Source of the DNA: Pseudomonadota bacterium
GTDB taxonomy: Bacteria > Pseudomonadota > Gammaproteobacteria > Burkholderiales > Rhodocyclaceae
Assembly (NCBI GenBank): GCA_029776255.1
Contig: JAKOTN010000078.1
Coordinates: 1,860-65,859, forward strand
Direction: 5' to 3'
DNA: 64,000 nt
Below the pieces are notes generated by a model. The model searched no databases. It was not told the DNA's origin and worked only from the letters and a program-made list of their open reading frames with translations. Below are positions 40,813 to 49,653 of the stretch, piece after piece. Position numbers and translations under genes: made by a program. Each line of letters begins with the position of its first letter. Position 1 is the stretch's first letter.

Positions 40813-41064
40813 ATGAATGTCTAACAGTTCCGTCTTGCCCGAACGTAGGGCCTCCAAAGCCTCGAACCCGGTCAACAATTCAGCCGTACTTTGAGGTTGA
40901 TGCAGGCTGACTCCGGTTTTTTGCTCAACCAGATCAATGATTTCCTCGCGATCGACTCCAAGCTTATTCGCAACATGAAGGGCGCAGGAGCGTGCATGAG
41001 ATGCCCGATGTTTCAAAGGTAAGGATTCATCCTTGACCCGGTTACTGTTTGAACTGAATGACAT
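40585..41064 (-). CDS. AT-rich ORF of unknown function (84 codons) read in frame into the barstar gene
   Basis: ATG 3 nt after the rtcB stop, with AAGGA upstream; no recognisable motif in the first 84 aa. Confidence 0.45.
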   Translation of the reverse strand: MSFSSNSNRVKDESLPLKHRASHARSCALHVANKLGVDREEIIDLVEQKTGVSLHQPQSTAELLTGFEALEALRSGKTELLDIHMARSACVIIDLSAVQTPVELHHLLMEKLDFPGWYGCNWNAFWDAITVLVAMPEILQFKGWAGFELRLPGGGNAYE

Positions 41065-41067
41065 TTC

Positions 41068-42285
41068 CTATCCTTTCACACAAACCACCTGCCGCAACGT
41101 ATGCACCACTTCCACCAGATCGCGCTGGGCGTGCATCACGGCGTCGATGTCCTTGTAGGCCATCGGGATTTCGTCGATCACCTTGCTGTCCTTGCGGCAT
41201 TCGACGTGGGCGGTGGCCTTGATTTGATCGTCCACGGTGAAGCGGCGGCGGGCTTCGTTGCGGCTCATGGCACGGCCGGCACCGTGGCTGCACGAGCAGA
41301 AGGCGTCCTCGTTGCCAAGGCCGCGCACGATGTAGCTGCGGGCGCCCATCGACCCCGGAATGATCCCGAGTTCGCCCTTCTTCGCCGACACCGCCCCCTT
41401 GCGGGTGACCAGTACCTCGGCCCCGAAATGGGTTTCGTGCTGCACGTAGTTGTGGTGGCAGTTCACCGCCTCGGCGTCGGCCGTGAACGGCTTGGCGACG
41501 ATCTGGCGGGCGGCGGCGATCACGTTCGCCATCATCACGTCGCGATTACGGCGAGCGTAGTCCTGCGCCCAACCCACGGCTTCCACGTAATCGGCGAAGT
41601 GCGCGGAGCCTTCCTCGAAATAGGCCAGATCCTTGTCCGGCAGGTTGGCGATGTGCTGGCGCATGTCGGCCTGAGCCAGTTCGATGAAATGGCTACCAAT
41701 GGCGTTTCCCACCCCGCGCGAACCGGAATGCAGCATGAACCAGACCTGATCGGCCTCGTCCAGGCACACTTCGATGAAGTGGTTGCCGGTTCCCAGCGTT
41801 CCAAGATGCTTGTAATTGTTTGTATTTATCAGGCGCGGGTACTTCTCCGTGATGCGCGCGAAGCCCGGCGACAGCACAGACCACATGGCGTCGACGGCGT
41901 CCGGCGGGTTTTCCCAGGAACCCTTATCGCGGCGACCGCGGGTCATCGTTCGCCCGTGCGGCACCGCCACCTCGATGGCCGAACGCAGACCGTGCAGATT
42001 GTCCGGCAGATCGCCGGCGGTCAGCGTGGTGCGCGCCGCCATCATCCCGCAACCGATATCGACGCCGACCGCCGCCGGGATGATCGCGCCCTGCGTCGGG
42101 ATCACGCTGCCGATGGTCGAGCCTTTACCGAGATGCACGTCCGGCATCACCGCCAGGTGGCGGAAGATGAACGGCATTCGGGCCGTGTTCATCAGCTGTT
42201 TGCGGGCGTCGTCCTCGACCGGCACGCCTTCGGTCCACAGCTTGATCGGCTTGCCGTCGGTCACGTCTTGTACTTGATACGTCAT
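41068..42285 (-). CDS. rtcB: RNA-splicing ligase RtcB
   Basis: AVMPDVHLGKG.TIGSV, VGVDIGCG, GTLGTGNHFIE, HSGSRG, HHNY, IPGSMG, SHGAGR, DEIPMAYK. Confidence 0.96.
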   Translation of the reverse strand: MTYQVQDVTDGKPIKLWTEGVPVEDDARKQLMNTARMPFIFRHLAVMPDVHLGKGSTIGSVIPTQGAIIPAAVGVDIGCGMMAARTTLTAGDLPDNLHGLRSAIEVAVPHGRTMTRGRRDKGSWENPPDAVDAMWSVLSPGFARITEKYPRLINTNNYKHLGTLGTGNHFIEVCLDEADQVWFMLHSGSRGVGNAIGSHFIELAQADMRQHIANLPDKDLAYFEEGSAHFADYVEAVGWAQDYARRNRDVMMANVIAAARQIVAKPFTADAEAVNCHHNYVQHETHFGAEVLVTRKGAVSAKKGELGIIPGSMGARSYIVRGLGNEDAFCSCSHGAGRAMSRNEARRRFTVDDQIKATAHVECRKDSKVIDEIPMAYKDIDAVMHAQRDLVEVVHTLRQVVCVKG

Positions 42286-42350
42286 TTTTCTTTCCTTTCC
42301 GCCCGAAGCACGATGGTAGCGGCTTCAGGCACCCTTCCATTACATTGCAT

Positions 42351-42562
42351 TGGTGGACACGGCGGGACTCGAACCCGCGGTAAGCCGCCACCGGGCATTA
42401 CTCCGATGTGCGGAGAAGCTTTAAACGCGCATCATCCCAAGAACCTTACGCAGACCCCGGGACTGCATCTTCAAATACCGCTCTCCACTAAAGCTTTCGG
42501 TTTTACCCTTCACCGGTCTCGTCACTCGTTTACCGGCCGCTCGCCGTTTCGCGTTCGTGCCC
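42351..42562 (-). ncRNA. 212-nt tRNA(Ala)/tmRNA-like RNA
   Basis: 5' GGGCACG pairs with 3' CGTGTCC (G3.U70), A73, CCA; T-arm GCGGG-TTCGAGT-CCCGC. Confidence 0.6.
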
Positions 42563-42623
42563 TTGTTCTTTCCCAAGCCGGAATCCCACGGTCAACCGGA
42601 AATTTCGACCAAATTTGAAATGG

Positions 42624-43760
42624 CTACTTCGCCAACGTCACCAGCCCGTTCAGCACCTGATCGAGTCCCCCGAAAACCGAGATCCGGTCGATACGTTCGG
42701 CCACCCGTTCCAGGGTTTCGAGTTCTTTCAAGCGCAAGGCGGTCGGGTTGTCTTCCATGACCTTGGCGGTGTTGAGCAGCGAACGGGTCGCCGCCGTTTC
42801 CTCGCGGCGACGGATCACGTTGGCTTCGGCGGCCTTACCCGCTTCCACCACTTGCGCCAGAATGGCTTTCATCTCACCCGGCAGCACGATGTCCTTGACG
42901 CCGACACCACCGATTTCCAGGCCGAAACCGGCCAGTTTCTTGGCGACATGGTCGCTTACCACCTCGTCGATCAACTGCTTGTTTTCCAGCAGTTCGTCGA
43001 GGTTGCGCGTGCCCACCGCCGCCCGCAGGCCAAATTGCAGCTCGCGATAGAGGTGTTCGGCCGGTTTGGCCAGCTTGTCGAAGGCGGTGCTCACGTCGTC
43101 GAAACGCCAGGTGGCGGCGAGGTTGAGGCGCAGCCCCACCTTGTCGCGGGTTAGGATTTCCTGCCCGCTCACTTCCATGCTCTGCCAACGCATATCCACC
43201 AATTCCAGATGCAGATCGCGATTGAAGCGCCAGTAGGCGCTCACGCCCGGCGACAGCAACGGTTGTTGCACGCCATCGATGCGCAGCAGGCCGACATGCG
43301 CCGCCGGTACCTGCACGACGAACACTCCGTTCAACCCCGACACCGGACGACCACGCAGCGACGGCTGCAACAGGCGTTTCACCATCTCCGCCGGCAACGC
43401 GGCGCCGTCTCGCAGATCGATTTTTTCGAGCCGCTGCGCCAGCAAGCCGCGCCAGTAGAAACACCGGGCCGCCGGCGGCAACACTTCGACCAGCACATCG
43501 TTTTCATAGCGCAACCCGACCTCGTCCTCGCTCAACTCCATGCCAACGAAATGGCGTTCGGCTTCGGCCGGATCGTTCTGGCGCAAGTAATCGACGAGGT
43601 CGGTATCGAGCATCGGCGTATCGGTGCGCCACACGGTCAGCGACAGTTCGTTGAACGGGTCGAACAGGAGGTGGCGACCCGGATTGAGGAGGCGCTGGAA
43701 ATCGCCGTTGCGCAGCAAGGCCGCACGCTCGTTTTTCTTCACGATGAAACGCTTCAACAT
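42624..43760 (-). CDS. SPFH/band-7 (slipin) family protein
   Basis: EVSGQEILTRDKV.LRLN, LQFGLRAAVG.R.LDELL, GVKDIVLPGEMK, RRREETAATRSLLNTAK...NP. Confidence 0.85.
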   Translation of the reverse strand: MLKRFIVKKNERAALLRNGDFQRLLNPGRHLLFDPFNELSLTVWRTDTPMLDTDLVDYLRQNDPAEAERHFVGMELSEDEVGLRYENDVLVEVLPPAARCFYWRGLLAQRLEKIDLRDGAALPAEMVKRLLQPSLRGRPVSGLNGVFVVQVPAAHVGLLRIDGVQQPLLSPGVSAYWRFNRDLHLELVDMRWQSMEVSGQEILTRDKVGLRLNLAATWRFDDVSTAFDKLAKPAEHLYRELQFGLRAAVGTRNLDELLENKQLIDEVVSDHVAKKLAGFGLEIGGVGVKDIVLPGEMKAILAQVVEAGKAAEANVIRRREETAATRSLLNTAKVMEDNPTALRLKELETLERVAERIDRISVFGGLDQVLNGLVTLAK

Positions 43761-44046
43761 TTTTCTTCTCCCTATTCTCAAGCGTCATGGTCAAACTTCG
43801 TCGGCGAATTCTGCCGGCTCGCGCCGGTCCGGCGGATGCCCCGGTCGGCTCTGACGGGGAAGCTTCCATGCCCGACATCCGGCGTCGCGCAAATCCGCGA
43901 CAGCCTGTCGTGGTTGCGCGGCATCGGCCGTCAGGCAGCGGACGCCCTGCCGCCGAAGCGGACCCGGGCACCGGGCCGAACCGGCGGCGGGTGCTTGCGC
44001 CTTCCGCAGCCGGCGGGTACTGCAATATCACTGTCGTGAAAGGACA

Positions 44047-44120
44047 GTCTTGGAGCGGGATTCGAACCCGCGACAGACCGTTTACAAGACGGTTGCTCTA
44101 TCCGACTGAGCTATCCAGTG
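44047..44120 (-). tRNA. tRNA-Thr(TGT)-like element with degenerate acceptor stem (pseudo-tRNA or tRNA mimic)
   Basis: TAGCTCAGTCGGATAGAGC D-arm, ACCGT-CTTGTAA-ACGGT anticodon arm, GCGGG-TTCGAAT-CCCGC T-arm; only 4 of 7 acceptor pairs, no CCA. Confidence 0.7.
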
Positions 44121-44121
44121 A

Positions 44122-44165
44122 TGGGGTGTTCGGGAATCGAACCCGAGCGCGCCACCAGGCGCCCC
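44122..44165 (-). ncRNA. miniature tRNA-like element (acceptor plus T-arm, no anticodon arm)
   Basis: GGGGCGC...TCGGG-TTCGATT-CCCGA-ACACCCC-A. Confidence 0.5.
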
Positions 44166-44290
44166 ACTATCGCTCTCTCGCGACGGCGGCATACGGCGGA
44201 ATGACCGGATTTTTCCAGATTCCACCGCACCGGCAGGATTCAAACCCCTAACCCGTCGGCCAGACCGCAAGTCGGCGATGTTTTCTTCTA

Positions 44291-44306
44291 AGCGAAAGCC
44301 GTGCCA
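44291..44306 (-). promoter_or_regulatory. sigma54 (-24/-12) promoter of the rtc operon
   Basis: TGGCACG-gctt-TCGCT on the minus strand, divergent from rtcR, with an AT-rich tract upstream. Confidence 0.8.
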
Positions 44307-44482
44307 GGAATTCGAAATAAATATAATGCACTGTATTAAGTGTATTTTTTAATTTTCCCGCGCGCCGGCCATGGAAATAGTGGATTAATTGATATACGTT
44401 TTTATATTTCTGGATAACGCGGAGGCACTGCAACCATGACTCGACCTTTTGTCCGCCAGCGATCGCTGACCCGGGGCGCATC

Positions 44483-46132
44483 ATGAAGAAAACCGTTGTC
44501 ATCGGTTTTCTCGGCACTCAACTGGATTACACCGGCAAAGGCAGCCAGCGCTGGGAAAAGTGGCGCCCGACGGTCGCCCTGTGCCAGCAGGATGACCTGA
44601 TCGTGCACCGTCTGGAAGTGATTCACGACGCGCGCAGCCGTGGACTGGCCGAACGCGTCGGCAACGACATCGCCCAAATCTCGCCGGAAACCGACTTCAA
44701 GCGCGTGGAACTGGAATTGCGCGATCCATGGGATTTCGAAGAGGTGTATACCGCCCTGCACGACCTCGCCCGCGCCTACCCATTCGATACGGAAAACGAG
44801 GATTACCTCATCCACATCACCACCGGCACCCACGTGGCGCAGATTTGCTGGTTTCTGCTCGCCGAGGCGCGTTACCTGCCGGCACGTCTGTTGCAAACCT
44901 CGCCGCCGCGCAAGACGGAGGTCGCCGACAGCGTCGGCCGCTACGAAATCATCGACCTCGACCTGTCGCGTTACGACCGTATCGCCCAGCGTTTCGCCCG
45001 CGAACGCGACGACGGCCTGTCTTTTCTCAAATCCGGCATCGCCACGCGCAACCCGGCATTCAACCGGATGATCGAGCAGATCGAGCGGGTTGCCGGTCGT
45101 TCGCGCGCGCCGATGCTGCTGGTCGGCCCGACCGGCGCCGGAAAGTCTTTCCTGGCTCGCCGCGTTTTTGAATTGAAACGCCAGCGCCAACAACTGAAAG
45201 GGCGTTTCATCGAAGTGAACTGCGCCACTCTGCGTGGCGATTCGGCGATGTCCACACTCTTCGGACACAGCAAGGGCGCGTTCACCGGTGCGCAACAGGA
45301 CCGGCCGGGACTGTTGCGGTCCGCCGACGGCGGTCTGCTCTTTCTGGATGAAATCGGCGAGCTCGGTCTCGACGAACAGGCGATGTTACTAAAAGCCATT
45401 GAAGAGAAACGATTTTTCCCCTTCGGTAGCGATCTCGAGGCACGCAGCGACTTCCAGTTGATCGCCGGAACGCATCGCGACCTGCGGCAACGGATGCGGC
45501 AAGGAAAATTCCGGGAAGACCTCTACGCGCGGATCAACCTGTGGACTTTCGATTTGCCCGGCCTCGCCGCCCGCCCGGAGGATATCGAACCCAACCTCGA
45601 TTACGAACTGGAGCGTTTTGCCGCGCAAAGCGGCCAGCAGGTGCGCTTCAACATCGAGGCCAAGCGCCGTTATCTGGCTTTCGCGACCTCGGCGGCGGCT
45701 CGCTGGCACGGGAATTTCCGCGAACTCGGCGCGTCCCTCACCCGCCTGGCCACGCTGGCCCCCGCCGGGCGTATCACCGAAGCCGATGTTGCCGACGAAA
45801 TCGCCCGTCTCACCACTGCCTGGAGCGACGAACCGAATACCGACGACGCTTGCGCCCGGCTGCTCGCCGGGGACGCGGATAAACTCGATCTCTTCGACCG
45901 CTGCCAGCTCAACACCGTCATCGCCGTCTGCCGTACCAGCCATAGTCTGTCGGAAGCCGGGCGTCGCCTGTTCGCCGTCTCCCGCGCCGAGAAAAGACAA
46001 AGCAACGACGCGGACCGACTACGCAAATACCTGGCGCGCTTTGCTCTCGGATTTGAAATGCTGCGTGACGAGATTATCCAAACAAAACAGCGCTCGGAAA
46101 GGCCAGCGCGCGAGCACTCCGAAATCGCGTGA
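44483..46132 (+). CDS. rtcR: sigma54 enhancer-binding regulator RtcR (CARF + AAA+ + HTH)
   Basis: TVVIGFLG..LD...RWEKWRPTV, DPWDFEEVY, HITTGTHVAQIC, GPTGAGKS, GAFTGA, NDADRLRKYLARF. Confidence 0.93.
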   Translation: MKKTVVIGFLGTQLDYTGKGSQRWEKWRPTVALCQQDDLIVHRLEVIHDARSRGLAERVGNDIAQISPETDFKRVELELRDPWDFEEVYTALHDLARAYPFDTENEDYLIHITTGTHVAQICWFLLAEARYLPARLLQTSPPRKTEVADSVGRYEIIDLDLSRYDRIAQRFARERDDGLSFLKSGIATRNPAFNRMIEQIERVAGRSRAPMLLVGPTGAGKSFLARRVFELKRQRQQLKGRFIEVNCATLRGDSAMSTLFGHSKGAFTGAQQDRPGLLRSADGGLLFLDEIGELGLDEQAMLLKAIEEKRFFPFGSDLEARSDFQLIAGTHRDLRQRMRQGKFREDLYARINLWTFDLPGLAARPEDIEPNLDYELERFAAQSGQQVRFNIEAKRRYLAFATSAAARWHGNFRELGASLTRLATLAPAGRITEADVADEIARLTTAWSDEPNTDDACARLLAGDADKLDLFDRCQLNTVIAVCRTSHSLSEAGRRLFAVSRAEKRQSNDADRLRKYLARFALGFEMLRDEIIQTKQRSERPAREHSEIA

Positions 46133-46223
46133 CCACCACAACCGAGCCTACCGCGGCCCCGCCATGGAGATCCTCCGCAGCCGATCCTCCTCCCCGGCAC
46201 CGACAGCCGGAAAATTTCCAGAC

Positions 46224-48120
<1,897 letters not shown>

Positions 48121-48259
48121 GCGATAAGCCCGCCATCCGCCACGCCGCATCGGCTGGCGGACGATCGGGTTCGCGACAGGGAAGCCCTTGGCCTGGCCGA
48201 AAGCATCCTGTCGTCGTATCGTCACATTCCGCGGCCCCCCTATGAAAACGGAGAAAAAC

Positions 48260-48565
48260 ATGAAATTGAGTCACCTGATCCTCGTGGCGGCCACTGGCAT
48301 CCTGGCCAACGGTATCGCTCACGCCGACGAGGCCCTGGCCAAGGCGAAGAATTGCCTGGCGTGCCATGCCGTCGACAAGAAAGTGGTCGGCCCGTCCTAC
48401 AAGGATGTCGCCAAGAAATACACCGCCAAGGACGAGGCCGCCTTGGCCGAAAAAATCGTCAAGGGCAGCAAGGGCGTCTGGGGTCCAGTGCCGATGCCGC
48501 CAAACGCGTCGGTCACCCCGGAAGAGGCGGGAAAGCTCGCCAAATGGATTCTCGGCCAGAAATGA
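48260..48565 (+). CDS. cytochrome c551 (NirM-like electron donor)
   Basis: signal peptide, CLACH, PMPPN; immediately downstream of nirS. Confidence 0.88.
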   Translation: MKLSHLILVAATGILANGIAHADEALAKAKNCLACHAVDKKVVGPSYKDVAKKYTAKDEAALAEKIVKGSKGVWGPVPMPPNASVTPEEAGKLAKWILGQK

Positions 48566-48596
48566 ACTCACGCGCAAACGCGCGCGAGCAGGCATG

Positions 48597-48622
48597 AAAC
48601 CGGCTACTTGCCGGTTTTTTTT
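48597..48622 (+). terminator. intrinsic terminator of nirS-c551
   Basis: AAACCGGC-tactt-GCCGGTTT followed by a T run. Confidence 0.75.
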
Positions 48623-48652
48623 CGCAAAAAATCCGCCTCGGCGTTGCGTTGA

Positions 48653-49555
48653 TTACGGCCGACTGACCAGTAAAACACCCGCCAGCACCAGAATCACGCC
48701 AGCCAACTGCGCCAGCGACATCGCTTCGCCGAGCAGCCACCAGCCAAAGAATATGGTCAACACCGGCCCCAGCGTGCCGATCAGCACCGCTTTCGCCGAA
48801 CCGATGCGACGAATGGCCGCCGATTGCATGAATACCGGCAGCACTGTTGAGAAAATCGCCATTGCCGCACCGAGGACGTAGATCGGCAGCGGTTGAATCA
48901 AGGCCGCAAGCGGCTGTGTCGCAAAGAAATGCGCCTGTGTCGCCGCCGTGGATACCAGCATCGCCAGCGCCGTGAAGCGTGCCCCGCCCAGCCGCTGGAT
49001 TGCCGGTCCGCTGCCCGCCAGATACAAGGCATAGGAGAGCGAAGAGCCAAAGACCAGAGCCACGCCAAGCAACACCTTGTCGGTGTCGCCGGACACGCGC
49101 AGGTCGTGTGCGAAGGCCAGGGCGATCCCGGCATAAGAAAGCAGCAAGGCGCCGATTTCCCGCCGCGACAGCGTCTTGCCCATGAACAACACGCCAATCA
49201 GTACCGTCAAGGTCGGATACGTGAACAGAATCAAGCGCTCCAGGCCGGCGGAAATGTACTGGAGACCGAGGAAATCGAGGATGCTGGCGCCGTAGTAGCC
49301 GAGCAGGCCAAGAACCGCCAGCATCGTCCAATCGCGCCCACGCAAGGGAGGCGCCGAGCGGCTGGCGGCAAAACCGATCCACAGGAAGGCCGGTAGCGAA
49401 AACACCATCCGTAGCGACAACAGTGTTACCGCATCCACCGCCGCCGCCGCCGCGTACGCGAGCTTGACGAAAATCGCCTTGAACGAAAACCCCAACGCGG
49501 CCAGCACCGCCAAGGCGATGCCCAAACGCTCCTCACTCCAATCGTTCCATGGCAT
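48653..49555 (-). CDS. DMT/EamA-family transporter
   Basis: 10 TM, two EamA halves, GFSFKAIFVKLAY, GPVLTIFFGWWLLGE. Confidence 0.85.
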   Translation of the reverse strand: MPWNDWSEERLGIALAVLAALGFSFKAIFVKLAYAAAAAVDAVTLLSLRMVFSLPAFLWIGFAASRSAPPLRGRDWTMLAVLGLLGYYGASILDFLGLQYISAGLERLILFTYPTLTVLIGVLFMGKTLSRREIGALLLSYAGIALAFAHDLRVSGDTDKVLLGVALVFGSSLSYALYLAGSGPAIQRLGGARFTALAMLVSTAATQAHFFATQPLAALIQPLPIYVLGAAMAIFSTVLPVFMQSAAIRRIGSAKAVLIGTLGPVLTIFFGWWLLGEAMSLAQLAGVILVLAGVLLVSRP

Positions 49556-49653
49556 GGCTGTTTCCTAAATTGGTCAATACCGAATGATGAAGCGCAAAAA
49601 ACCGCGCAACAATTGGTATATTGGCAAATAACCGTTCGTTCTGGACGAAAGCA

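Noticed and set aside
41012-41053. Second attC-like hairpin GGTCAAGG-atgaat-CCTTACC (same L'' box, bulged C) just after rtcB
   Set aside because: No RYYYAAC or GTTRRRY cores at the right spacing; could be a deleted attC relic but cannot be supported as a site.
42351-42562. Calling this element the housekeeping ssrA or an ordinary tRNA-Ala
   Set aside because: Too short for ssrA, no ANDE...ALAA-type tag, no D or anticodon arms; no permuted 5' piece found downstream.
44047-44120. Functional tRNA-Thr gene
   Set aside because: Acceptor stem has only 4 pairs and no CCA; kept only as a tRNA-like element.
44483-45050. CARF domain as a sign of CRISPR-Cas
   Set aside because: It is the RtcR sensor domain; no repeat-spacer array or cas gene seen anywhere in the window.
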